DNA from: Campylobacterales bacterium
GTDB taxonomy: Bacteria; Campylobacterota; Campylobacteria; Campylobacterales; UBA6016
Assembly: GCA_050252455.1 (NCBI GenBank)
Contig: JBFWKW010000006.1
Coordinates: 926-64,925 of the forward strand
Direction: 5' to 3'
Length of the DNA stretch: 64,000 bases
Shown here piece after piece: positions 19,743 to 28,721 of the stretch. Positions within the stretch are counted from its first letter, which is position 1, and every line of letters starts with the position of its first letter. Both the position numbers and the translations under genes were made by a program. Under the pieces are notes generated by a model that did no database searches, had not been told where the DNA came from, and saw nothing but the letters and a program-made list of their open reading frames with translations.

Positions 19743-21910
19743 GGTAAATACGGCCTATCGGAGAGCTCTTCTTTCGGCTCTGAGAGATAAAATCCTTGAG
19801 AGTAGTCGATACCCATTGAGGCGACCTTGTCGATAACATCCTTGGAATGGACAAATTCCGCAACCGTTTTTATGCCTAGTTTTTTTGCAAAGCTTACTAT
19901 TGTCTCGACTATAACCGCGGAATGCTTGTCTATATGTAGATTTTTTATCAGGCTACCGTCTATTTTTATATAGTCAACCTTGAGCCTCAAAATATGTTCA
20001 AAATTAGAGTATCCGGTTCCAAAATCATCTATCGCTATCTCAGCGCCGTATTTTTTGGCATCAGAAATAAACTCGGACACCTCTTCATAGTTTTCTATGC
20101 CGTCCGATTCCACGATTTCAAAAATAACTTTTACCTTCCCTGCCGATTCGGATAGTTTTTGAATAATAAAATCTCTCACTCCAAGAGAGAGAATATCTTC
20201 CGTTGTTATATTGATTGATACGGCATATTTTGAGTTTTCAAACTTTTTGAAAGATTTTGCGATTACCGTTTTTGTTATGGATTGATACAGTTTGGCCTTT
20301 TTTGATACCTCCAAGAAAAAAAACGGGGACACGGCAGCCCCGTTTGTCTCAATGAGCCTCACCAGCGCTTCGTATTTTTCAACTTTTCCGCTTTTTGAGT
20401 CAACTATAGGCTGATAATAAGGGATTATTCTGTCCTCTGCAAGCGCCTCTCTGAGCTTTGCAGACCACGTGATGTTGTTTTCATATTCCTTGACTATCTC
20501 TAGCCCTTTGTCGTATACCAGATAAGGAATACGTCTTTTTTTAGCCTGCTTAAGAGCCATGTCCGCATATTCTAGCTTGCCCTCCAAGGAAGCTCCGGCG
20601 GTAAGAGAGATAATCATCTTATTCTCTTCATAGTACATAGCCTCTTTTGCAAAAGAAGTGACAAGCTTCTCCATCTCTTCTTCGCTTATATATTTTCCGG
20701 CCTCATCCCCTATAATCGCGAATTCATCGCCGGACAACTTGTATAGTTTTAGTCTTTTTGGGAGTTTCTCTTTTATCTTTTTCGCAAGCGAATACAATAC
20801 AAAATCCCCTACGGTAAAACCGTAAAGGTCGTTAATTTCTTTGAATGAGTCTATATTGATAAGGACTATAAACTTCTTTTCTTTTTTTTGCATATCCTCA
20901 AGCATCGAAAATCTATTTGGAAGCCCGGTCATAGAATCAAAATAGAGCTGTTCTCTCAGGTCTTCCTCGTTTTTGGCTATCCGCTCCATCAGATTGCCAA
21001 ACGTATATCTAAGCACCGCAAATATAATAATCAAAAGCGGAAGAGAGAAAAATATCGATTGCAGTATGCTGCTTCTTGCGCCTTCTATATCCTGCTTAAC
21101 ATCCAACGCAAAAAGCATTTTTGCTATCAGGCGTCCATTGTGATCCGTAATATTGTATTCACTCAGATTCATCATCTTATTTTCAACTTCTATCGTCGAC
21201 TCGGAAAAATTAAAATCTTTTGGAACCTTGGTAAAAATTGAATCATTTGATGTTACGACACTAAACCCGCCTATCCTATGTCCACCATCCACTTTTCCAA
21301 ACTTTTGCATAGCCTCACTATCAAAAAGTATCGCCGTTTTTGCTTTCAAATAATCGTCAAGTCTATTTTGAAGAGCTGTAACATCAACACCGACATGGAA
21401 AAAACCTATATATTTTCCCTCGTGAACGATAGGAGCCAAATACACAAAGCTAAGGCCGTAAAGTGTCGGCTCGAAGGAGTAAATTGCCTTATGATGCGTG
21501 TTTATCTCGGTTATTATGGGACGTTTTTTTGAAAGATTATCGCCATACTTTGTCGGGTCTTGCATCCGTAAAAAATGAACATTATCGTCACCTATAAACG
21601 CCATAAGTTTAAATTTATTCTTATGCTCATCAAAAAAAGGCTTTGTAAGCTCGTATAGTTTTTGTCTATCTCTTTTTGCGAAAGCCTCTTTTATCTTGTC
21701 GTTGCCGACGACAATATTTGCTTTTGCTTCAAGCTCTGAGCCTATATCCCTCATTATTACTTTATACATTAGCGAAGCATATCGCTGTTGGAGCTGAACT
21801 TTACTATCTAACTGTTTGTATTCATCTCTAGCTTTGAGCGACGTGAACAATACGACCAATACGGTTGCAACAGCCATAACCACAAGGGTGGCTTTGCCTA
21901 CGATACTCAA
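19739..21910 (-). CDS. membrane sensor with periplasmic Cache-like domain, GGDEF (SGDEF variant) and EAL domains
   Basis: 723 aa. Two TM helices flank a periplasmic region of about 260 aa. 'DSMTGLPNR', 'LSGDEFAI', then EAL blocks 'YEALVRL', 'DDFGTGYSNF', 'KIDGSLI'. Confidence 0.9.
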   Translation of the reverse strand: MSIVGKATLVVMAVATVLVVLFTSLKARDEYKQLDSKVQLQQRYASLMYKVIMRDIGSELEAKANIVVGNDKIKEAFAKRDRQKLYELTKPFFDEHKNKFKLMAFIGDDNVHFLRMQDPTKYGDNLSKKRPIITEINTHHKAIYSFEPTLYGLSFVYLAPIVHEGKYIGFFHVGVDVTALQNRLDDYLKAKTAILFDSEAMQKFGKVDGGHRIGGFSVVTSNDSIFTKVPKDFNFSESTIEVENKMMNLSEYNITDHNGRLIAKMLFALDVKQDIEGARSSILQSIFFSLPLLIIIFAVLRYTFGNLMERIAKNEEDLREQLYFDSMTGLPNRFSMLEDMQKKEKKFIVLINIDSFKEINDLYGFTVGDFVLYSLAKKIKEKLPKRLKLYKLSGDEFAIIGDEAGKYISEEEMEKLVTSFAKEAMYYEENKMIISLTAGASLEGKLEYADMALKQAKKRRIPYLVYDKGLEIVKEYENNITWSAKLREALAEDRIIPYYQPIVDSKSGKVEKYEALVRLIETNGAAVSPFFFLEVSKKAKLYQSITKTVIAKSFKKFENSKYAVSINITTEDILSLGVRDFIIQKLSESAGKVKVIFEIVESDGIENYEEVSEFISDAKKYGAEIAIDDFGTGYSNFEHILRLKVDYIKIDGSLIKNLHIDKHSAVIVETIVSFAKKLGIKTVAEFVHSKDVIDKVASMGIDYSQGFYLSEPKEELSDRPYLP

Positions 21911-22043
21911 GCTTTATCCAATTTTATAACTTTATTTTTTCTAATATTAGTCGATAAATATATCAGGTTTTAGTGGCAAAGTAAAGAAATTATTACAATT
22001 TTAGAGTACAATTTAGCACAAAAAACGCACAAAGGGGGCAAAA

Positions 22044-22352
22044 ATGTTTGGCTCTTCAATATCTTCAATGAATGCACACTCTACTTGGATGGATGTAAAT
22101 GCCAACAATGTAGCGAATGTAAACAGCGATAAATTTAAAAGCGTAGATACAAAACTGGAAGAGGGGCAAGAAAATAACCCAAAAGCGGTTTTAAGAGAGA
22201 ATGAAAGGGTGGCTGCCGAAGATAGAAGCAATACCGACCTAGCAAAAGAGCTAACAGACCAAATACCGATAGAAAAAGGATTTGGGGTAAATGCAACAGT
22301 CGTCAAAACAAAAGATGAAATGCTTGGAACGCTGATGGATATAAAAAGCTAA
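22044..22352 (+). CDS. miniature flagellar axial (rod/hook-family) protein: N- and C-terminal conserved segments only
   Basis: 102 aa. The N-terminus 'NANNVANVNSDKFK' matches the Flg_bb_rod motif (NNiANvnT.GyK). The C-terminus 'TDLAKELTDQI....GVNATVVKTKDEMLGTLMDIK' matches the axial-protein C-terminal motif (vDla.Em..li.aqr.yqAn.kvi.t.DemL.tLl.lk). Confidence 0.55.
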   Translation: MFGSSISSMNAHSTWMDVNANNVANVNSDKFKSVDTKLEEGQENNPKAVLRENERVAAEDRSNTDLAKELTDQIPIEKGFGVNATVVKTKDEMLGTLMDIKS

Positions 22353-22370
22353 GAGAGAGGCCTCTCTTAG
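22351..22370. terminator. short palindrome between convergent genes (possible weak bidirectional terminator)
   Basis: AGAGAGG/CCTCTCT abutting inverted repeat between the stop of 22044-22352 (+) and the stop of the RRM gene (-). The stem is short and has no loop. Confidence 0.25.
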
Positions 22371-22381
22371 CCGAGCGTCAA

Positions 22382-22642
22382 TTAGTCTCTTGGTTTTTTA
22401 GGAAGAGCGAAGTCTATTTTTAGTCTTCTACCCATAAACTCTTGGCCATCTAGCTCATCTTTTGATTTTTTAGCAGCTGCAGATTCTGCAAACTCAACAA
22501 ATCCGAAACCTTTTTTGATTCCGTCTTTTTCGATTAGCCTTACTTTGGCTACCTCGCCGTATTCGCCAAAAAGCGCCTCTAGGTCTTCTTTTGAAGCTTT
22601 GTAATTAAGATTGCCGACATAAAGGGTATTAAGTTCACCCAT
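22382..22642 (-). CDS. RNA-binding protein, single RRM domain
   Basis: 86 aa. RNP2 'LYVGNL' and RNP1 'KGFGFVEF'. Confidence 0.9.
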   Translation of the reverse strand: MGELNTLYVGNLNYKASKEDLEALFGEYGEVAKVRLIEKDGIKKGFGFVEFAESAAAKKSKDELDGQEFMGRRLKIDFALPKKPRD

Positions 22643-22861
22643 AAGAGAATTCCTTGAAAATGAAGTTTCCTTCGAGACGCTATGGGTAAAACGGAGATTT
22701 TAGACGCATAGGTTACGAAGCTGTAGATATTCTATAATAATAAAAATAAAAACGAAGCTTAAATTTTAATCTTTTCTTCAAAAGATGTCACAATTCATTT
22801 ACAAAGACGGATAAAAGTCGTTTATGTATAATAAATACAGATAATTATAAAAAGGGTGGAA

Positions 22862-24421
22862 ATGAGTTATCTGTTGGCTATAGATGCAGGAACCGGGAGC
22901 GGGCGTGCGGTAATATTCGATGAGCTAGGCAATCAGCTAGGCGTAGGGCAAGAGGAGTGGAGCCATAGCGGCGAAGATGGTGTAGCGGGAGCTATGAATT
23001 TTGATACCGCAAACGGTTGGGCGCTCATATGTAGATGTATCAAAAAAGCGGTTAACGAAGCCAAAATAGATGTAAAAAATATAAAAGCCGTTACCGCAAC
23101 AAGCATGAGAGAGGGTATTGTCCTTTATGACAAAGGCGGCAAAGAGATATGGGCAGTTGCCAACGTAGACTCAAGAGCGGGCGCGGAAGTAGCCGCCATG
23201 AAAAGGGAGTTTGCTGGAGTCGAAGAGCAGTTTTATGCCAGAAGCGGACAGACATTTGCCCTTGGAGCGCTACCTAGATTGATGTGGCTTAAAAACAATA
23301 GGCCAAGCATTTATGAAAAAGTAACACATCTTACGATGATAGATACATGGGTGCTGCAAAAACTTAGCGGCGTGTTTGCCTGTGACCCTTCAAACGGCGG
23401 CACGACAGGGGTTTGGGAGCTATCACAAAGAGATTTTGCAAAAGATATGGCAAATAAGGTTGGACTTAACGGCGATATTTTCCCTCAGGTTTTTGAGCCG
23501 GGAACAATAATCGGCGAAGTAAGCGCAAAGGCGGCTAATGACAGTGGGCTGTCTGCCGGAACTCCAGTGGTAATGGGCGGCGGCGACGTACAGATGGGCT
23601 CTGCCTGGCTAGGGATAGTGCGCGAGGGCGAGTGCGCCGTGCTAGGCGGAACTTTTTGGCAGCAGGTCATCAATATCAAAGACGGCACGGTAGACCCAAA
23701 TATGAATCTTCGTATCAATCCGCATGTCATCAAGGGGCTTTCACAAGCGGAGGGGATTACTTTTTTTGCCGGAATGGTAATGAGATGGTTTAGAGACACG
23801 CTGGCAAATGCACAAAAAGAAGAAGCGGCAAGGCTCGGTATCGACGCCTATGCACATCTAGAGAAGCTAGCAACCGCCGTGCCCGTCGGAAGCTACGGCA
23901 TAATACCGATATTCTCCGATGCTATGAAATACGGCAAATGGATACATGCGGCACCATCGTTTCTCAATTTGCCGTTTGACTCCGAAAAAATGGGCGTAGC
24001 CGCACTCTTTAGAAGTTTGCAAGAAAATGCGGCGATAGTTAGCGCCGTCAACTTAGAAGCTGTAGCAAAATTTAGCGGCGCAAATCCAAAAGAGATAGTC
24101 TTTGCGGGCGGAGCGGCAAAAGGGTTTTTGTGGCCGCAAATACTAGCCGACGTGACGGGGCTGCCTGTCAAAACGCCGATAGTCAAAGAGGCAACGAGCC
24201 TTGGTGCGGCATTTGCGGCGGGAAGTGCCGTAGGGATATACAAAAATATCGAAGAAGCGGCAGGTTCACTTGTGAAATGGGACAAAGAGTTTACCCCTAA
24301 TCTTGAGAACAAAAAAGTTTATGACGAGGCGAAAGAGAAGTGGCAAAGAGCATACTCAAAAATGCTAGAACTACTGGATGATGGAACGACTACGCCGATG
24401 TGGAAAGCTCCGGGGTTATAA
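22862..24421 (+). CDS. lsrK: FGGY-family kinase, LsrK-like autoinducer-2 (DPD) kinase
   Basis: About 519 aa from the ATG at 22862 (AAGGG SD 5 nt upstream; the track start GTG at 22856 is less likely). Long collinear blocks match what I recall of enterobacterial LsrK: 'AIDAGTGSGRAVIFD', 'SMREGIVLYD', 'VLGGTFWQQV', 'NPHVI.G..QAE', 'MRWFRD', 'FAGGAAKG.LW.QILADV.GLPV', terminal 'WKAPGL'. Confidence 0.75.
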   Translation: MSYLLAIDAGTGSGRAVIFDELGNQLGVGQEEWSHSGEDGVAGAMNFDTANGWALICRCIKKAVNEAKIDVKNIKAVTATSMREGIVLYDKGGKEIWAVANVDSRAGAEVAAMKREFAGVEEQFYARSGQTFALGALPRLMWLKNNRPSIYEKVTHLTMIDTWVLQKLSGVFACDPSNGGTTGVWELSQRDFAKDMANKVGLNGDIFPQVFEPGTIIGEVSAKAANDSGLSAGTPVVMGGGDVQMGSAWLGIVREGECAVLGGTFWQQVINIKDGTVDPNMNLRINPHVIKGLSQAEGITFFAGMVMRWFRDTLANAQKEEAARLGIDAYAHLEKLATAVPVGSYGIIPIFSDAMKYGKWIHAAPSFLNLPFDSEKMGVAALFRSLQENAAIVSAVNLEAVAKFSGANPKEIVFAGGAAKGFLWPQILADVTGLPVKTPIVKEATSLGAAFAAGSAVGIYKNIEEAAGSLVKWDKEFTPNLENKKVYDEAKEKWQRAYSKMLELLDDGTTTPMWKAPGL

Positions 24422-24461
24422 AAAACAGAGTAAAATAACAAAAACAAAATTGGAAAATTAA

Positions 24462-24830
24462 ATGCTTTTGACAAACGAGAATGAACACGAATATAGATTT
24501 GGCGACCACGGTCCAAAATACCTAGCAAAGGGTCCAAATATCGACTTTGGCGTGGTGGTCATCACTCCCGGAGAAGAACACCCTTGTCACGCTCACGAGA
24601 GACAAGAGGAGTCGTTTTTTGCCCTTGAGGGCGAGTGCGAAGTGTGGGTAGACGGCAAGCTAATAGTGCTAAAAGCGGGTGATTACCTACAATGCGCCCC
24701 GGGCGAATCTCACTACTTTCGAAATGTAAGCGATAAAAACTTCAAATCCGTATTCGTAAAATCAATGCACACGCCGGATAAAGACAGCGTATACATCGAG
24801 TGGAAGCCGGGGCAAGAGTTTAAGAAGTAG
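24462..24830 (+). CDS. cupin-domain protein
   Basis: 122 aa. Cupin motif 1 'PGEEHPCHAHERQEE' and motif 2 'GDYLQCAPGESHYFRN'. Confidence 0.8.
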   Translation: MLLTNENEHEYRFGDHGPKYLAKGPNIDFGVVVITPGEEHPCHAHERQEESFFALEGECEVWVDGKLIVLKAGDYLQCAPGESHYFRNVSDKNFKSVFVKSMHTPDKDSVYIEWKPGQEFKK

Positions 24831-24841
24831 CCCTACTTCTT
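24822..24841. terminator. 9-bp inverted repeat spanning two convergent stop codons
   Basis: AAGAAGTAG-cc-CTACTTCTT. Both convergent genes end in Lys-Lys-stop with identical codons, which creates the palindrome. Terminator function is uncertain (tiny loop). Confidence 0.25.
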
Positions 24842-25957
24842 GAGCTTTGCCTGCTCCAGCTCCCAGTACTCTATCGCAAAAATATCTTTGAGACCGAGGC
24901 CCTGCCATCCGCCCAGAGCCTCGGCTCTTAGCATAGCGTCTACGGTGTGAGATATGATGTCTTTTAGCGCCTTCGCCTCTTTGTCGTCTTTTGCAGCGAC
25001 GAATACACCTTTGTCCTTGACAACACCCCATCTTGGAGCCTTGTCTAGTATGATTTTTGTGCCGTCGTTATGAGCCTCAAAGTATGAGGTGTACCAATCG
25101 GCGTAAGCTTTTACGCTATTTGCTTCCTCGCCCTCCTCTACTATCACCGCCCTAGGCTTCGTGCGGATGACATGCTCCGGCGTTAGCGGTCCACCGCATA
25201 TTATCTCTTCCAGATTTGCAAGGGAAGCTAGCGTTTTTGCCGATACCGTATCGACCGTGCATATATCTACTTCACAACCTCTAATCGCAGAAATCTCATC
25301 TTTTAGCGGAGCTTTTTTTACTTCGCTTGCCAAAAAAGAGTTCTCTATCTGCGCTTTTTGCTCCAAATAATCGGAGGCTTTTTTGACTAACTCTATCATC
25401 TTTTTGTAGCTCACGTCGCCGTCGTCGTCAAAGCTGAATATCCCATGGTTAAGAAGTACGATACCTTCTATATCGCTCCACTCTCGCCCTTTGACCGCCT
25501 CCGCTATCGCTTTGGAGAGGATGAAGCCCGGCATCACATAGTCTACGACCACTACCTTGTTGCCGTAAATCTGTTTGATTAGCTCTTTGCCTTTCGGGGT
25601 ATTAGAGACCGTCACTACGGCGTCGGCGTGCGTATGGTCTACAAATTTGTACGGGATGATGGCGTGCACCACGGCCTCGATGGACGGAGCGGGGGCATTT
25701 TTGTCGGTCATCCCCTCTTTTTGCAGCCTCACTAGCTCGCTATCACTTATGGAGTCCATCTTTGAAATATCCAGCAAGGCCTCCATCTGCACAGGGGCAA
25801 ATCCGGCTTCTTCTATCGTGCCGAGGTCCCAGCCGCTACCCTTGACCCAAAGCACTCCGTCTATCTTGACCGATGTATTGCCACCGCCGTGCAGCACTAG
25901 ATTTTCATCAACCCCCAAAAGTCTTGAGGTCTCTACCCTTTTTTTCAAAGCCTCCAT
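24833..25957 (-). CDS. class II aldolase/adducin-like domain protein (N-terminal half of 'bifunctional aldolase/short-chain dehydrogenase' type, no SDR half)
   Basis: 374 aa. 'LVLHGGGNTSVK' and 'VDHTHADAV' blocks are typical of that family. Confidence 0.7.
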   Translation of the reverse strand: MEALKKRVETSRLLGVDENLVLHGGGNTSVKIDGVLWVKGSGWDLGTIEEAGFAPVQMEALLDISKMDSISDSELVRLQKEGMTDKNAPAPSIEAVVHAIIPYKFVDHTHADAVVTVSNTPKGKELIKQIYGNKVVVVDYVMPGFILSKAIAEAVKGREWSDIEGIVLLNHGIFSFDDDGDVSYKKMIELVKKASDYLEQKAQIENSFLASEVKKAPLKDEISAIRGCEVDICTVDTVSAKTLASLANLEEIICGGPLTPEHVIRTKPRAVIVEEGEEANSVKAYADWYTSYFEAHNDGTKIILDKAPRWGVVKDKGVFVAAKDDKEAKALKDIISHTVDAMLRAEALGGWQGLGLKDIFAIEYWELEQAKLKK

Positions 25958-26018
25958 TGCCGCCCTCTCTTTTATTTTTTTGCGTTAGTATAACCGAAAA
26001 CTTTTTGTAAGAGACATA

Positions 26019-27470
26019 GTGAAAAACATCGTTCTTGCCACCATAAACGCCAGATACACCCACGCCTCGCTGGCGCTTAGATACCTGCATGCAAATCTAG
26101 GGGGGCTTCGAGATGAAGCCGTCATAGAAGAGTTTGTCATAAACGAAGATATGCAACGGGTCGCCGAGAGTATACTAGCTCACGCCCCTCGTATAGTAGG
26201 CATAGGGGTGTATATTTGGAACGCCGAAGATGCCAAAGAACTAATAGAGACGATAAAAAAGGTCTCGCCGGGCACGACGGTGGTCATAGGTGGGCCCGAA
26301 GCGTCGTATCTACCTCATCGTGTAGACTTCTCAGCAGCAGACTTCGTCATATCGGGCGAGGGAGAGGAGGCTTTTGCCGCCCTTTGTCGAATGGTTTTGG
26401 CGGGAGATGCCCCAAAAGAGAGGTTTATCAAGGCTGCCCCCGTCAACCTAAAAAATATCGCCCTCCCTTACAAATACTACAGCGACGAGGATTTAGCACA
26501 TCGGTATTTGTATGTTGAAGCCTCTCGCGGTTGTCCGTTTGAGTGCGAGTTTTGCCTATCCTCTATCGACGAAAAAGTACGCTACTTCGACGCCGACGCC
26601 TTGATGGACGAGATAAATGCGATATGGGAAAGGGGCGGTAGACGGTTTAAGTTTGTCGATAGGACTTTCAATCTGAACATCACGCTCGCCACCAAGCTTC
26701 TTGATTTTTTCCTAGCCAAAGAGCTGCCTTACAAAGTCCACTTCGAGGTCATCCCCGAGGCTTTTCCATCAGCGCTAAAAGAGAAGCTGGCGTTGTTTGC
26801 GCCCGATACCTTGCAGCTAGAGGTGGGGATACAGACGCTAAATCCGCAGATTGCACAAAACATCAACCGCAAGATGGACTTTGAAAAAATCAAAGAAAAT
26901 ATCGCATTTTTAGAGCAACACACAAACGCACATCTACATGTGGACCTCATCGTGGGGCTACCGGGCGAAGACCTGACGAGCTTCGGCCAAGGACTAAATA
27001 CCCTCGCCGCCCTCACAAAAAGCGAAATCCAAATAGGCATCCTCAAAAAACTATCCGGCACGACGATGAGCAGGCACGACGAGAAATACGGGATGATATA
27101 CTCGGACAAACCGCCTTACGACATACTCCAAAGCGGCTCCGTTTCGTTCGTTGACATTCAGAGGATGAAACGGTTTGCTAGGTTTTGGGATATTACCTAC
27201 AACAGCGAAAAGTTCGTCAAAACGCTTGAGCTGATGTGGGGCGACGATGTGTTCGGCGGGTTTTTGGCATTTTCGGATTGGGTGTATAGCACGGCGCAGA
27301 TGACGCACCAGATATCATTCAAACGGATGTGTGAGCTTATTTTTGTCTATTTGACAACCGTTTTGGGACATGACGAACTAGAGAGCGCAAAGATAATAGC
27401 GGAAGATACAAAAAGCTATATGGGCAACGGGCTGCCGACAATAATAGCGGATAAACTCAAAACAAAATAA
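26019..27470 (+). CDS. B12-binding-domain radical SAM protein (DUF4080 type)
   Basis: 483 aa with a GTG start. N-terminal Rossmann-like B12-binding region, 'EASRGCPFECEFC' CxxxCxxC motif, and a C-terminal extension. Confidence 0.8.
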   Translation: MKNIVLATINARYTHASLALRYLHANLGGLRDEAVIEEFVINEDMQRVAESILAHAPRIVGIGVYIWNAEDAKELIETIKKVSPGTTVVIGGPEASYLPHRVDFSAADFVISGEGEEAFAALCRMVLAGDAPKERFIKAAPVNLKNIALPYKYYSDEDLAHRYLYVEASRGCPFECEFCLSSIDEKVRYFDADALMDEINAIWERGGRRFKFVDRTFNLNITLATKLLDFFLAKELPYKVHFEVIPEAFPSALKEKLALFAPDTLQLEVGIQTLNPQIAQNINRKMDFEKIKENIAFLEQHTNAHLHVDLIVGLPGEDLTSFGQGLNTLAALTKSEIQIGILKKLSGTTMSRHDEKYGMIYSDKPPYDILQSGSVSFVDIQRMKRFARFWDITYNSEKFVKTLELMWGDDVFGGFLAFSDWVYSTAQMTHQISFKRMCELIFVYLTTVLGHDELESAKIIAEDTKSYMGNGLPTIIADKLKTK

Positions 27471-27524
27471 TTGCTATTTGCCATATTTTTTGGCTACTTT
27501 TTTTATTTTATCTACAATTTTTCC

Positions 27525-28721
27525 ATGATTTTGGAAGAAAAACTGGAAATTCTATCGGACGCCGCAAAATACGACTCATCCTGCTCCTCCTCTGGCTCGG
27601 ATAGACCTGCCGTGAGTGGAGGCATAGGAAACGGCGCGCTTGGCGGCATCTGCCACTCCTTTAGCGCCGATGGACGATGTATTAGCCTACTCAAAGTCTT
27701 GCTTACCAACTACTGCGTATTCGACTGTGCCTACTGCAAAAACAAAGTCTCAAACGACATCAAAAGAGCCGCCTTCGCCCCAGAGGAGCTAGCACGACTT
27801 ACTATAGAGTTTTATAGGCGCAACTACATAGAGGGGCTATTTCTAAGTTCCGGCATAGTAAAGAGCGCAGACCATACGATGGAGCTGATGCTTAGGTGTG
27901 TACGGATATTGCGCGAGGAGTATCTATTCGGAGGCTATATCCACATCAAGCTTATCCCCGGAGCGTCAAACGAGCTGGTGGCCGAGGCGGCAAGGCTGGC
28001 GGATAGAGTCAGCTCAAACATAGAGCTACCTAGCGAGACAAGCCTGAAGCTCCTAGCTCCCGACAAAAACCGACAAAATGTTTTAGCCCCACTCACCATC
28101 GCTAGAGAGACCAATATATCCATGTCCACACAGATGATAGTAGGGGCTACGCCGGAGAGCGACCTAGACATCATCAGGCTCAGCGAAGGACTATATAAAA
28201 AAAGGTTTTTAAAGAGAGTCTACTACTCCGCATACATCCCCGTCAATCAAGACAAAAGACTCCCCGTGCCGCTTGATTTTAAGCCGCCGTTACTTCGTGA
28301 ACATAGGCTCTATCAGGCAGACTGGCTACTTCGTTTTTACGGATTTGCCTCCTCTGAGATACTGGATGAGGGTGCGCCGTTTTTGGATGAGAGGCTAGAC
28401 CCCAAAAGCGCATGGGCAATCCGCAATATCCATCTTTTTCCGATAGACATCAACCGTGCAAGCTACGAAGAACTCGTGAAAATCCCAGGTCTTGGGCTTA
28501 CGGGGGCCAGAAAAATCATAGAGGCTAGAAGATGGCGCAAACTGGGACTAGATGAGCTAAAAACGCTTCGCATCTCAACCAAAAAATGTAAATTTTTTAT
28601 CGTCGCAAAAGACCATTTCCCAACCTCGCCGCCGCAGGAGAGGGTCTATCTGGCGCTAGCAAACAACGAGGCAAAAACAAACGCTATCAATTTATTTTCA
28701 CTAAACGGGGAGGCTATATGA
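27525..28721 (+). CDS. putative DNA modification/repair radical SAM protein (TIGR03916 type) with C-terminal helix-hairpin-helix
   Basis: From the ATG at 27525 ('MILEEKLEILSDAAKYD'). 'LLTNYCVFDCAYC' CxxxCxxC motif and a C-terminal 'IPGLGLTGARKI' HhH. The track TTG start at 27471 adds only a T-rich hydrophobic artefact. Confidence 0.8.
   Translation: MILEEKLEILSDAAKYDSSCSSSGSDRPAVSGGIGNGALGGICHSFSADGRCISLLKVLLTNYCVFDCAYCKNKVSNDIKRAAFAPEELARLTIEFYRRNYIEGLFLSSGIVKSADHTMELMLRCVRILREEYLFGGYIHIKLIPGASNELVAEAARLADRVSSNIELPSETSLKLLAPDKNRQNVLAPLTIARETNISMSTQMIVGATPESDLDIIRLSEGLYKKRFLKRVYYSAYIPVNQDKRLPVPLDFKPPLLREHRLYQADWLLRFYGFASSEILDEGAPFLDERLDPKSAWAIRNIHLFPIDINRASYEELVKIPGLGLTGARKIIEARRWRKLGLDELKTLRISTKKCKFFIVAKDHFPTSPPQERVYLALANNEAKTNAINLFSLNGEAI

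Noticed and set aside
22013-22306. 97-aa minus-strand ORF antisense to the mini axial-protein ORF.
   Set aside because: Both are of similar length, but only the plus-strand translation carries the flagellar axial N- and C-terminal motifs. The minus-strand product is Ser/Phe/Leu-rich with no motif.
27471-27524. TTG-initiated 18-codon N-terminal extension of the DNA-repair radical SAM protein.
   Set aside because: The extension translates a T-rich stretch into 'LFAIFFGYFFYFIYNFS', unlike the family N-terminus. The ATG at 27525 gives the expected 'MILEEKLEIL..A.YD' start.
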